Source of the DNA: Nemertoderma westbladi
Taxonomy: Eukaryota > Animalia > Xenacoelomorpha
DNA length: 64,000 nt
Assembly (NCBI GenBank): GCA_032718475.1
Contig: JAUCBJ010009143.1
Location: 124,001-188,000 of the forward strand
Direction: 5' to 3'
The position numbers were made by a program, and so were the translations under genes. The notes beneath the pieces were generated by a model. That model ran no database searches. It had not been told where the DNA came from and worked only from the letters and a program-made list of their open reading frames with translations. Shown piece by piece: positions 1 to 14,290 of this stretch (position 1 is its first letter; each line of letters opens with the position of its first letter).

Positions 1-1375
1 ACTTCCACACACTCGATGCCTCATCAACTGGGCCAGCAGCTCTCCAAATTAATATACCTTCTACTTCCGCACACTCGAAGCCTCTGCAACTGTGCCAGCA
101 TCTCTCCAAATTAATTTACCTTCTACTTCCGCACGCTCAAAGCCTCATCAACTGGGCCAGCAGCTCTCCAAGTTAATTTACCTTCTACTTCCACACACTC
201 GATGCCTCATCAACTGGGCCAGCAGCTCTCCAAATTAATTTACCTTCTACTTCCGCACGCTCAAAGCCTCATCAACTGGGCCAGCAGCTCTCCCGATTAT
301 TCAACCTTCTACTTCCGCACACTCGAAGCCTCATCAACTGGGCCAGCAGCTCTCCAAGTTAATTTACCTTCTACTTCCACTCACTCGTAAGCCTCAGCAA
401 CTGGGCCAGCAGCTCTCCAAATTAATTTACCTTCTACTTCCGCACGCTCGAAGCCTCATCAACTGGGCCAACAGCTCTCCAAGTTAATTTACCTTCTACT
501 TCCACACACTCGATGCCTCATCAACTGGGCCAGCAGCTCTCCAAATTAATTTACCTTCTACTTCCGCACGCTCGAAGCCTCATCAACTGGGCCAGCAGCT
601 CTCCCGATTATTCAACCTTCTACTTCCGCACACTCGAAGCCTCATCAACTGGGCCAGCAGCTCTCCAAGTTAATTTACCTTCTACTTCCACTCACTCGTA
701 AGCCTCAGCAACTGGGCCAGCAGCTCTCCAAATTAATGTACCTTCTACTTCCACACACTCGATGGCTCATCAACTGGGCCAGCAGCTCTCCAAATTAATT
801 TACCTTCTACTTCCGCACAGTCGATGCCTCATCAACTGGGCCACCAGCTCTCCCGATTATTCCACCTTCTACTTCCGCACACTCGAAGCCTCGGCAACTG
901 GGCCACCACCTCCCCCGATTAATCCACCTTCAACTTCTGCACATTGGAAGCCCGGCAACTGGGCCATCAGCTCTCCCGATTAATCTACCTTCTACTTCCG
1001 CACGCTCGAAGCCTCATCAACTGGGCCAGCAGCTCTCCCGATTATTCAACCTTCTACTTCCGCACACTCGAAGCCTCATCAACTGGGCCAGCAGCTCTCC
1101 AAATTAATTTACCTTCTACTTCCGCACACTCGAAGCCTCTACAACTGGGCCAGCAGCTCTCCCAATTATTCAACCTTCTACTTCCGCACACTCGAAGCCT
1201 CATCAACTGGGCCAGCAGCTCTCCAAGTTAATTTACCTTCTACTTCCACACACTCGATGCCTCATCAACTGGGCCAGCAGCTCTCCAAATTAATTTACCT
1301 TCTACTTCCGCACACTCGATGCCTCATCAACTGGGCCAGCAGCTCTCCCGATTAATTCACCTTCTACTTCCGCAC

Positions 1376-3120
1376 ACTCGAAGCCTCAGCATCTGGGCCA
1401 GCAGCTCTCCAGATTAATTTACCTTCTACTTCCGCACACTCGAAGCCTCAGCAACTGGGCCACCAGCTCTCCCGATTAATCCACCTTCTACTTCCGCACA
1501 CTCAAAGCCTCAGCAACTGGGCCAGCAGCTCTCCCGATTAATCCACCTTCTACTTCCGCTCACTCGAAAGCCTCAGCAACTGGGCCACCAGCTCTCCCGA
1601 TTAATCCACCTTCTACTTCCGCACACTCGAAGCCTCAGCAACTGGGCCAGCAGCTCTCCAGATTAATTTACCTTCTTCTTCCACTCACTCGAAAGCCTCA
1701 GCAACTGGGCCAGCAGCTCTCCCGATTAATCCACCTTCTACTTCCGCACACTCGAAAGCCTCAGCAACTGGGCCAGCAGCTCTCCCGATTAATCCACCTT
1801 CTACTTACGCACACTCGAAGCCTCAGCAACTGGGCCAGCAGTTCTCCCGATTATTCCACCTTCTACTTCCGCACACTCAAAGCCTCATCAACTGGGCCAG
1901 CAGCTCTCCAGATTAATTTACCTTCTTCTTCCGCTCACTCGAAAGCCTCAGCAACTGGGCCAGCAGCTCTCCCGATTAATTTACCTTCTACTTCCGCACA
2001 CTCGAAGCCTCAGCAACTGGGCCAGCAGCTCTCCCGATTAATCCACCTTCTACTTCCGCACACTCGAAGCCTCAGCAACTGGGCCAGCAGCTCTCCAGAT
2101 TAATTTACCTTCTTCTTCCGCTCACTCGAAAGCCTCAGCAACTGGGCCAGCAGCTCTCCCGATTAATCCACCTTCTACTTCCGCACACTCGAAGCCTCAG
2201 CAACTGGGCCAGCAGCTCTCCAGATTAATTTACCTTCTACTTCCGCACACTCGAAGCCTCAGCATCTGGGCCAGCAGCTCTCCAGATTAATTTACCTTCT
2301 ACTTCCGCACACTCGAAGCCTCAGCAACTGGGCCACCAGCTCTCCCGATTAATCCACCTTCTACTTCCGCACACTCAAAGCCTCAGCAACTGGGCCAGCA
2401 GCTCTCCCGATTAATCCACCTTCTACTTCCGCTCACTCGAAAGCCTCAGCAACTGGGCCACCAGCTCTCCCGATTAATCCACCTTCTACTTCCGCACACT
2501 CGAAGCCTCAGCAACTGGGCCAGCAGCTCTCCAGATTAATTTACCTTCTTCTTCCACTCACTCGAAAGCCTCAGCAACTGGGCCAGCAGCTCTCCCGATT
2601 AATCCACCTTCTACTTCCGCACACTCGAAAGCCTCAGCAACTGGGCCAGCAGCTCTCCCGATTAATCCACCTTCTACTTACGCACACTCGAAGCCTCAGC
2701 AACTGGGCCAGCAGTTCTCCCGATTATTCCACCTTCTACTTCCGCACACTCAAAGCCTCATCAACTGGGCCAGCAGCTCTCCAGATTAATTTACCTTCTT
2801 CTTCCGCTCACTCGAAAGCCTCAGCAACTGGGCCAGCAGCTCTCCCGATTAATTTACCTTCTACTTCCGCACACTCGAAGCCTCAGCAACTGGGCCAGCA
2901 GCTCTCCCGATTAATCCACCTTCTACTTCCGCACACTCGAAGCCTCAGCAACTGGGCCAGCAGCTCTCCAGATTAATTTACCTTCTTCTTCCGCTCACTC
3001 GAAAGCCTCAGCAACTGGGCCAGCAGCTCTCCCGATTAATTTACCTTCTACTTCCGCACACTCGAAGCCTCAGCAACTGGGCCAGCAGCTCTCCCGATTA
3101 ATCCACCTTCTACTTCCGCA
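1376..3120. repeat. 873-bp (14-monomer) tandem duplication
   Basis: GCATCTGGG at 1389 and 2262. CTACTTACGC at 1801 and 2674. Confidence 0.88.
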
Positions 3121-3719
3121 CACTCGAAGCCTCATCAACTGGGCCAGCAGCTCTCCAGATTAATTTACCTTCTTCTTCCGCTCACTCGAAAGCCTCAGCA
3201 ACTGGGCCAGCAGCTCTCCCGATTAATTTACCTTCTACTTCCGCACACTCGAAAGCCTCAGCAACTGGGCCAGCAGCTCTCCCGATTAATCCACCTTCTA
3301 CTTCCGCACACTCGAAGCCTCAGCAACTGGGCCAGCAGCTCTCCCGATTAATCCACCTTCTACTTCCGCACACTCGAAGCCTCAGCAACTGGGCCAGCAG
3401 CTCTCCAGATTAATTTACCTTCTACTTCTGCTCACTCGAAAGCCTCAGCAACTGGGCCAGCAGCTCTCCAGATTAATTTACCTTCTACGTCTGCTCACTC
3501 GAAGCCTCAGCAACTGGGCCACCAGCTCTCCCGATTAATCCAACTTCTACTTCCGCACACTCGAAGCCTCACCACCTGGCCAGCAGCTCTCCCGATTAAT
3601 CCACCTTCTACTTCTGCACGCTCGAAACCTCAGCAACTGGGCCAGCAGCTCTCCCGATTAATCCACCTTCTACTTCCGCACACTCGAAGCCTCAGCAACT
3701 GGGCCAGCAGCTCTCCCGA

Positions 3720-6700
3720 TTAATCCACCTTCTACTTCCGCACACTCGAAGCCTCAGCAACTGGGCCAGCAGCTCTCCAGATTAATTTACCTTCTACTTC
3801 CGCACACTCGAAGCCTCAGCAACTGTGCCTCCAGCTCTCCCGATTAATCCACCTTCTACTTCCGCACACTCAAAGCCTCAGCAACTGGGCCACCAGCTCT
3901 CCCGATTAATCCACCTTCTACTTCCGCACACTTGAAGCCTCGGCAACTGGGCCTCCAGCTCTCCCGATTAATCCAACTTCTACTTCTGCTCACTTGAAAG
4001 CCTCAGCAACTAGGCCACCAGCTCTCCCTATTAATCCACCTTCTACTTCCGCACACTCGAAGCCTCAGCAACTGGGCCAGCAGCTCTCCCGATTAATCCA
4101 GCTTCTACTTCCGCACACTCGAAGCCTCAGCAACTGGGCCACCAGCTCTCCCGATTATTCCACCTTCTACTTCCGCTCACTCGAAAGCCTCAGCAACTGG
4201 GCCACCAGCTCTAACGATTAATCCACCTTCTACTTCCGCACACTCGAAGCCTCAGCAACTGGGCCACCAGCTCTCCCGATTAATCCACCTTCTCCTTCCG
4301 CACACTTGAAGCCTCGGCAACTGGGCCACCAGCTCTCCCGATTAATCCAACTTCTTCTTCCGCTCACTTGAAAGCCTCAGCAACTGGGCCACCAGCTCTC
4401 CCGATTAATCCACCTTCTACTTCCGCACGCTCGAAGCCTCATCAACTGGGCCAGCAGCTCTCCCGATTATTCAACCTTCTACTTCCGCACACTCGAAGCC
4501 TCATCAACTGGGCCAGCAGCTCTCCCAGTTAATTTACCTTCTACTTCCACACACTCGATGCCTCATCAACTGGGCCAGCAGCTCTCCAAATTAATTTACC
4601 TTCTACTTCCGCACACTCGAAGCCTCTGCAACTGTGCCAGCAGCTCTCCAAATTAATTTACCTTCTACTTCCGCACGCTCGAAGCCTCATCAACTGGGCC
4701 AGCAGCTCTCCAAGTTAATTTACCTTCTACTTCCACACACTCGATGCCTCATCAACTGGGCCAGCAGCTCTCCAAATTAATTTACCTTCTACTTCCGCAC
4801 GCTCGAAGCCTCATCAACTGGGCCAGCAGCTCTCCAAATTAATTTACCTTCTACTTCCGCACGCTCGAAGCCTCATCAACAGGGCCAGCAGCTCTCCAAG
4901 TTAATTTACCTTCTACTTCCACACACTCGATGCCTCATCAACTGGGCCAGCAGCTCTCCAAATTAATTTACCTTCTACTTCCGCACGCTCGAAGCCTCAT
5001 CAACTAGGCCACCAGCTCTCCCTATTAATCCACCTTCTACTTCCGCACAATTGAAGCCTCAGCAACTGGACCAGCAGCTCTCACGATTATTCAACCTTCT
5101 ACTTCCGCACACTCGAAGCCTCATCAACTGGGCCAGCAGCTCTCCAAGTTAATTTACCTTCTACTTCCACACACTCGATGCCTCATCAACTGGGCCAGCA
5201 GCTCTCCAAATTAATTTACCTTCTACTTCCGCACAGTCGATGCCTCATCAAATGGGCCACCAGCTCTCCCGATTATTCCACCTTCTACTTCCGCACACTC
5301 AAAGCCTCGGCAACTGGGCCACCACCTCCCCCGATTAATCCACCTTCAACTTCCGCACATTGGAAGCCTCGGCAACTGGGCCATCAGCTCTCCCGATTAA
5401 TCTACCTTCTACTTCCGCACACTCGAAGCCTCAGCAAATGGGCCAGCAGCTCTCCCGATTAATCCACCTTCTACTTCCGCACACTCGAAGCCTCAGCAAC
5501 TGGGCCAGCAGCTCTCCAGATTAATTTACCTTCTACTTCCGCACACTCGAAGCCTCAGCAACTGGGCCTCCAGCTCTCCCGATTAATCCACCTTCTACTT
5601 CCGCACACTCAAAGCCTCAGCAACTGGGCCACCAGCTCTCCCGATTAATCCACCTTCTACTTCCGCACACTTGAAGCCTCGGCAACTGGGCCTCCAGCTC
5701 TCCCGATTAATCCAACTTCTACTTCTGCTCACTTGAAAGCCTCAGCAACTAGGCCACCAGCTCTCCCTATTAATCCACCTTCTACTTCCGCACACTCGAA
5801 GCCTCAGCAACTGGGCCAGCAGCTCTCCCGATTAATCCAGCTTCTACTTCCGCACACTCGAAGCCTCAGCAACTGGGCCACCAGCTCTCCCGATTATTCC
5901 ACCTTCTACTTCCGCTCACTCGAAAGCCTCAGCAACTGGGCCACCAGCTCTAACGATTAATCCACCTTCTACTTCCGCACACTCGAAGCCTCAGCAACTG
6001 GGCCACCAGCTCTCCCGATTAATCCACCTTCTCCTTCCGCACACTTGAAGCCTCGGCAACTGGGCCACCAGCTCTCCCGATTAATCCAACTTCTTCTTCC
6101 GCTCACTTGAAAGCCTCAGCAACTGGGCCACCAGCTCTCCCGATTAATCCACCTTCTACTTCCGCACGCTCGAAGCCTCATCAACTGGGCCAGCAGCTCT
6201 CCCGATTATTCAACCTTCTACTTCCGCACACTCGAAGCCTCATCAACTGGGCCAGCAGCTCTCCAAGTTAATTTACCTTCTACTTCCACACACTCGATGC
6301 CTCATCAACTGGGCCAGCAGCTCTCCAAATTAATTTACCTTCTACTTCCGCACACTCGAAGCCTCTGCAACTGTGCCAGCAGCTCTCCAAATTAATTTAC
6401 CTTCTACTTCCGCACGCTCGAAGCCTCATCAACTGGGCCAGCAGCTCTCCAAGTTAATTTACCTTCTACTTCCACACACTCGATGCCTCATCAACTGGGC
6501 CAGCAGCTCTCCAAATTAATTTACCTTCTACTTCCGCACGCTCGAAGCCTCATCAACTGGGCCAGCAGCTCTCCAAATTAATTTACCTTCTACTTCCGCA
6601 CGCTCGAAGCCTCATCAACAGGGCCAGCAGCTCTCCAAGTTAATTTACCTTCTACTTCCACACACTCGATGCCTCATCAACTGGGCCAGCAGCTCTCCAA

Positions 6701-7870
6701 ATTAATTTACCTTCTACTTCCGCACGCTCGAAGCCTCATCAACTAGGCCACCAGCTCTCCCTATTAATCCACCTTCTACTTCCGCACAATTGAAGCCTCA
6801 GCAACTGGGCCAGCAGCTCTCACGATTATTCAACCTTCTACTTCCGCACACTCGAAGCCTCATCAACTGGGCCAGCAGCTCTCCAAGTTAATTTACCTTC
6901 TACTTCCACACACTCGATGCCTCATCAACTGGGCCAGCAGCTCTCCAAATTAATTTACCTTCTACTTCCGCACAGTCGATGCCTCATCAAATGGGCCACC
7001 AGCTCTCCCGATTATTCCACCTTCTACTTCCGCACACTCAAAGCCTCGGCAACTGGGCCACCACCTCCCCCGATTAATCCACCTTCAACTTCCGCACATT
7101 GGAAGCCTCGGCAACTGGGCCATCAGCTCTCCCGATTAATCTACCTTCTACTTCCGCACACTCGAAGCCTCAGCAAATGGGCCAGCAGCTCTCCCGATTA
7201 ATCCACCTTCTACTTCCGCACACTCGAAGCCTCAGCAACTGGGCCAGCAGCTCTCCAGATTAATTTACCTTCTACTTCCGCACACTCGAAGCCTCAGCAA
7301 CTGGGCCTCCAGCTCTCCCGATTAATCCACCTTCTACTTCCGCACACTCAAAGCCTCAGCAACTGGGCCACCAGCTCTCCCGATTAATCCACCTTCTACT
7401 TCCACACACTTGAAGCCTCAGCAACTGGGCCTCCAGCTCTCCCGATTAATCCAACTTCTACTTCTGCTCACTTGAAAGCCTCAGCAACTAGGCCACCAGC
7501 TCTCCCTATTAATCCACCTTCTACTTCCGCACACTCGAAGCCTCAGCAACTGGGCCAGCAGCTCTCCCGATTAATCCAGCTTCTACTTCCGCACACTCGA
7601 AGCCTCAGCAACTGGGCCACCAGCTCTCCCGATTATTCCACCTTCTACTTCCGCTCACTCGAAAGCCTCAGCAACTGGGCCACCAGCTCTAACGATTAAT
7701 CCACCTTCTACTTCCGCACACTCGAAGCCTCAGCAACTGGGCCACCAGCTCTCCCGATTAATCCACCTTCTCCTTCCGCACACCTGAAGCCTCGGCAACT
7801 GGGCCACCAGCTCTCCCGATTAATCCAACTTCTTCTTCCGCTCACTTGAAAGCCTCAGCAACTGGGCCAC
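3720..7870. repeat. 1739-bp higher-order repeat (28 monomers), about 2.4 copies
   Basis: Marker CTAACG at 4211, 5950 and 7689. Identical ORF translations at 3994/5733/7472 and at 5178/6917. Boundaries are approximate. Confidence 0.92.
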
Positions 7871-9935
7871 CAGCTCTCCCGATTATTCCACCTTCTACTT
7901 CCGCACACTCGAAGCCTCGGCAACTGGGCCACCACCTCCCCCGATTAATCCACCTTCAACTTCCGCACATTGGAAGCCCGGCAACTGGGCCATCAGCTCT
8001 CCCGATTAATCTACCTTCTACTTCCGCACGCTCGAAGCCTCATCAACTGGGCCAGCAGCTCTCCCGATTATTCAACCTTCTACTTCCGCACACTCGAAGC
8101 CTCATCAACTGGGCCAGCAGCTCTCCAAATTAATTTACCTTCTACTTCCGCACACTCGAAGCCTCTGCAACTGGGCCAGCAGCTCTCCCAATTATTCAAC
8201 CTTCTACTTCCGCACACTCGAAGCCTCATCAACTGGGCCAGCAGCTCTCCAAGTTAATTTACCTTCTACTTCCACACACTCGATGCCTCATCAACTGGGC
8301 CAGCAGCTCTCCAAATTAATTTACCTTCTACTTCCGCACACTCGATGCCTCATCAACTGGGCCAGCAGCTCTCCCGATTAATTCACCTTCTACTTCCGCA
8401 CACTCGAAGCCTCAGCATCTGGGCCAGCAGCTCTCCAGATTAATTTACCTTCTACTTCCGCACACTCGAAGCCTCAGCAACTGGGCCACCAGCTCTCCCG
8501 ATTAATCCACCTTCTACTTCCGCACACTCGAAGCCTCAGCAACTGGGCCAGCAGCTCTCCCGATTAATCCACCTTCTACTTCCGCTCACTCGAAAGCCTC
8601 AGCAACTGGGCCACCAGCTCTCCCGATTAATCCACCTTCTACTTCCGCACACTCGAAGCCTCAGCAACTGGGCCAGCAGCTCTCCAGATTAATTTACCTT
8701 CTTCTTCCACTCACTCGAAAGCCTCAGCAACTGGGCCAGCAGCTCTCCCGATTAATCCACCTTCTACTTCCGCACACTCGAAAGCCTCAGCAACTGGGCC
8801 AGCAGCTCTCCCGATTAATCCACCTTCTACTTACGCACACTCGAAGCCTCAGCAACTGGGCCAGCAGTTCTCCCGATTATTCCACCTTCTACTTCCGCAC
8901 ACTCAAAGCCTCATCAACTGGGCCAGCAGCTCTCCAGATTAATTTACCTTCTTCTTCCGCTCACTCGAAAGCCTCAGCAACTGGGCCAGCAGCTCTCCCG
9001 ATTAATTTACCTTCTACTTCCGCACACTCGAAGCCTCAGCAACTGGGCCAGCAGCTCTCCCGATTAATCCACCTTCTACTTCCGCACACTCGAAGCCTCA
9101 GCAACTGGGCCAGCAGCTCTCCAGATTAATTTACCTTCTTCTTCCGCTCACTCGAAAGCCTCAGCAACTGGGCCAGCAGCTCTCCCGATTAATTTACCTT
9201 CTACTTCCGCACACTCGAAAGCCTCAGTAACTGGGCCAGCAGCTCTCCCGATTAATCCACCTTCTACTTACGCACACTCGAAGCCTCAGCAACTGGGCCA
9301 GCAGCTCTCCCGATTAATCCACCTTCTACTTCCGCACACTCGAAGCCTCATCAACTGGGCCAGCAGCTCTCCAGATTAATTTACCTTCTTCTTCCGCTCA
9401 CTCGAAAGCCTCAGCAACTGGGCCAGCAGCTCTCCCGATTAATTTACCTTCTACTTCCGCACACTCGAAAGCCTCAGCAACTGGGCCAGCAGCTCTCCCG
9501 ATTAATCCACCTTCTACTTCCGCACACTCGAAGCCTCAGCAACTGGGCCAGCAGCTCTCCCGATTAATCCACCTTCTACTTCCGCACACTCGAAGCCTCA
9601 GCAACTGGGCCAGCAGCTCTCCAGATTAATTTACCTTCTACTTCTGCTCACTCGAAAGCCTCAGCAACTGGGCCAGCAGCTCTCCAGATTAATTTACCTT
9701 CTACGTCTGCTCACTCGAAGCCTCAGCAACTGGGCCACCAGCTCTCCCGATTAATCCAACTTCTACTTCCGCACACTCGAAGCCTCACCACCTGGCCAGC
9801 AGCTCTCCCGATTAATCCACCTTCTACTTCTGCACGCTCGAAACCTCAGCAACTGGGCCAGCAGCTCTCCCGATTAATCCACCTTCTACTTCCGCACACT
9901 CGAAGCCTCAGCAACTGGGCCAGCAGCTCTCCCGA

Positions 9936-12900
9936 TTAATCCACCTTCTACTTCCGCACACTCGAAGCCTCAGCAACTGGGCCAGCAGCTCTCCAGATTA
10001 ATTTACCTTCTACTTCCGCACACTCGAAGCCTCAGCAACTGGGCCTCCAGCTCTCCCGATTAATCCACCTTCTACTTCCGCACACTCAAAGCCTCAGCAA
10101 CTGGGCCACCAGCTCTCCCGATTAATCCACCTTCTACTTCCGCACACTTGAAGCCTCGGCAACTGGGCCTCCAGCTCTCCCGATTAATCCAACTTCTACT
10201 TCTGCTCACTTGAAAGCCTCAGCAACTAGGCCACCAGCTCTCCCTATTAATCCACCTTCTACTTCCGCACACTCGAAGCCTCAGCAACTGGGCCAGCAGC
10301 TCTCCCGATTAATCCAGCTTCTACTTCCGCACACTCGAAGCCTCAGCAACTGGGCCACCAGCTCTCCCGATTATTCCACCTTCTACTTCCGCTCACTCGA
10401 AAGCCTCAGCAACTGGGCCACCAGCTCTAACGATTAATCCACCTTCTACTTCCGCACACTCGAAGCCTCAGCAACTGGGCCACCAGCTCTCCCGATTAAT
10501 CCACCTTCTCCTTCCGCACACTTGAAGCCTCGGCAACTGGGCCACCAGCTCTCCCGATTAATCCAACTTCTTCTTCCGCTCACTTGAAAGCCTCAGCAAC
10601 TGGGCCACCAGCTCTCCCGATTAATCCACCTTCTACTTCCGCACGCTCGAAGCCTCATCAACTGGGCCAGCAGCTCTCCCGATTATTCAACCTTCTACTT
10701 CCGCACACTCGAAGCCTCATCAACTGGGCCAGCAGCTCTCCCAGTTAATTTACCTTCTACTTCCACACACTCGATGCCTCATCAACTGGGCCAGCAGCTC
10801 TCCAAATTAATTTACCTTCTACTTCCGCACACTCGAAGCCTCTGCAACTGTGCCAGCAGCTCTCCAAATTAATTTACCTTCTACTTCCGCACGCTCGAAG
10901 CCTCATCAACTGGGCCAGCAGCTCTCCAAGTTAATTTACCTTCTACTTCCACACACTCGATGCCTCATCAACTGGGCCAGCAGCTCTCCAAATTAATTTA
11001 CCTTCTACTTCCGCACGCTCGAAGCCTCATCAACTGGGCCAGCAGCTCTCCAAATTAATTTACCTTCTACTTCCGCACGCTCGAAGCCTCATCAACAGGG
11101 CCAGCAGCTCTCCAAGTTAATTTACCTTCTACTTCCACACACTCGATGCCTCATCAACTGGGCCAGCAGCTCTCCAAATTAATTTACCTTCTACTTCCGC
11201 ACGCTCGAAGCCTCATCAACTAGGCCACCAGCTCTCCCTATTAATCCACCTTCTACTTCCGCACAATTGAAGCCTCAGCAACTGGGCCAGCAGCTCTCAC
11301 GATTATTCAACCTTCTACTTCCGCACACTCGAAGCCTCATCAACTGGGCCAGCAGCTCTCCAAGTTAATTTACCTTCTACTTCCACACACTCGATGCCTC
11401 ATCAACTGGGCCAGCAGCTCTCCAAATTAATTTACCTTCTACTTCCGCACAGTCGATGCCTCATCAAATGGGCCACCAGCTCTCCCGATTATTCCACCTT
11501 CTACTTCCGCACACTCAAAGCCTCGGCAACTGGGCCACCACCTCCCCCGATTAATCCACCTTCAACTTCCGCACATTGGAAGCCTCGGCAACTGGGCCAT
11601 CAGCTCTCCCGATTAATCTACCTTCTACTTCCGCACACTCGAAGCCTCAGCAAATGGGCCAGCAGCTCTCCCGATTAATCCACCTTCTACTTCCGCACAC
11701 TCGAAGCCTCAGCAACTGGGCCAGCAGCTCTCCAGATTAATTTACCTTCTACTTCCGCACACTCGAAGCCTCAGCAACTGGGCCTCCAGCTCTCCCGATT
11801 AATCCACCTTCTACTTCCGCACACTCAAAGCCTCAGCAACTGGGCCACCAGCTCTCCCGATTAATCCACCTTCTACTTCCGCACACTTGAAGCCTCGGCA
11901 ACTGGGCCTCCAGCTCTCCCGATTAATCCAACTTCTACTTCTGCTCACTTGAAAGCCTCAGCAACTAGGCCACCAGCTCTCCCTATTAATCCACCTTCTA
12001 CTTCCGCACACTCGAAGCCTCAGCAACTGGGCCAGCAGCTCTCCCGATTAATCCAGCTTCTACTTCCGCACACTCGAAGCCTCAGCAACTGGGCCACCAG
12101 CTCTCCCGATTATTCCACCTTCTACTTCCGCTCACTCGAAAGCCTCAGCAACTGGGCCACCAGCTCTAACGATTAATCCACCTTCTACTTCCGCACACTC
12201 GAAGCCTCAGCAACTGGGCCACCAGCTCTCCCGATTAATCCACCTTCTCCTTCCGCACACCTGAAGCCTCGGCAACTGGGCCACCAGCTCTCCCGATTAA
12301 TCCAACTTCTTCTTCCGCTCACTTGAAAGCCTCAGCAACTGGGCCACCAGCTCTCCCGATTAATCCACCTTCTACTTCCGCACGCTCGAAGCCTCATCAA
12401 CTGGGCCAGCAGCTCTCCCGATTATTCAACCTTCTACTTCCGCACACTCGAAGCCTCATCAACTGGGCCAGCAGCTCTCCAAGTTAATTTACCTTCTACT
12501 TCCACACACTCGATGCCTCATCAACTGGGCCAGCAGCTCTCCAAATTAATTTACCTTCTACTTCCGCACACTCGAAGCCTCTGCAACTGTGCCAGCAGCT
12601 CTCCAAATTAATTTACCTTCTACTTCCGCACGCTCGAAGCCTCATCAACTGGGCCAGCAGCTCTCCAAGTTAATTTACCTTCTACTTCCACACACTCGAT
12701 GCCTCATCAACTGGGCCAGCAGCTCTCCAAATTAATTTACCTTCTACTTCCGCACGCTCGAAGCCTCATCAACTGGGCCAGCAGCTCTCCAAATTAATTT
12801 ACCTTCTACTTCCGCACGCTCGAAGCCTCATCAACTGGGCCAGCAGCTCTCCAAGTTAATTTACCTTCTACTTCCACACACTCGATGCCTCATCAACTGG

Positions 12901-14290
12901 GCCAGCAGCTCTCCAAATTAATTTACCTTCTACTTCCGCACGCTCGAAGCCTCATCAACTAGGCCACCAGCTCTCCCTATTAATCCACCTTCTACTTCCG
13001 CACAATCGAAGCCTCAGCAACTGGGCCAGCAGCTCTCACGATTATTCAACCTTCTACTTCCGCACACTCGAAGCCTCATCAACTGGGCCAGCAGCTCTCC
13101 AAGTTAATTTACCTTCTACTTCCACACACTCGATGCCTCATCAACTGGGCCAGCAGCTCTCCCGATTAATCCACCTTCTACTTCCGCACAGTCGATGCCT
13201 CATCAAATGGGCCACCAGCTCTCCCGATTAATCCAACTTCTTCTTCCACTCACTTGAAAGCCTCAGCAACTGGGCCACCAGCTCTCCCGATTAATCCACC
13301 TTCTACTTCCGCACGCTCGAAGCCTCATCAACTGGGCCAGCAGCTCTCCCGATTATTCAACCTTCTACTTCCGCACACTCGAAGCCTCATCAACTGGGCC
13401 AGCAGCTCTCCAAGTTAATTTACCTTCTACTTCCACACACTCGATGCCTCATTAACTGGGCCAGCAGCTCTCCAAATTAATTTACCTTCTACTTCCGCAC
13501 ACTCGAAGCCTCTGCAACTGTGCCAGCAGCTCTCCAAATTAATTTACCTTCTACTTCCGCACGCTCGAAGCCTCATCAACTGGGCCAGCAGCTCTCCAAG
13601 TTAATTTACCTTCTACTTCCACACACTCGATGCCTCATCAACTGGGCCAGCAGCTCTCCAAATTAATTTACCTTCTACTTCCGCACGCTCGAAGCCTCAT
13701 CAACTGGGCCAGCAGCTCTCCAAATTAATTTACCTTCTACTTCCGCACGCTCGAAGCCTCATCAATTGGGCCAGCAGCTCTCCAAGTTAATTTACCTTCT
13801 ACTTCCACACACTCGATGCCTCATCAACTGGGCCAGCAGCTCTCCAAATTAATTTACCTTCTACTTCCGCACGCTCGAAGCCTCATCAACTAGGCCACCA
13901 GCTCTCCCTATTAATCCACCTTCTACTTCCGCACAATCGAAGCCTCAGCAACTGGGCCAGCAGCTCTCACGATTATTCAACCTTCTACTTCCGCACACTC
14001 GAAGCCTCATCAACTGGGCCAGCAGCTCTCCAAGTTAATTTACCTTCTACTTCCACACACTCGATGCTTCATCAACTGGGCCAGCAGCTCTCCAAATTAA
14101 TTTACCTTCTACTTCCGCACAGTCGATGCCTCATCAAATGGGCCACCAGCTCTCCCGATTATTCCACCTTCCACTTCCGCACACTCAAAGCCTCGGCAAC
14201 TGGGCCACCACCTCCCCGATTAATCCACCTTCAACTTCCGCACATTGGAAGCCTCGGCAACTGGGCCATCAGCTCTCCCGATTAATCTAC
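9936..14290. repeat. Second cluster of the 1739-bp higher-order repeat, with partial copies
   Basis: CTAACG at 10427 and 12166. Identical ORF translations at 10210/11949 and at 11394. A truncated copy spans about 13.2-14.3 kb. Confidence 0.85.
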
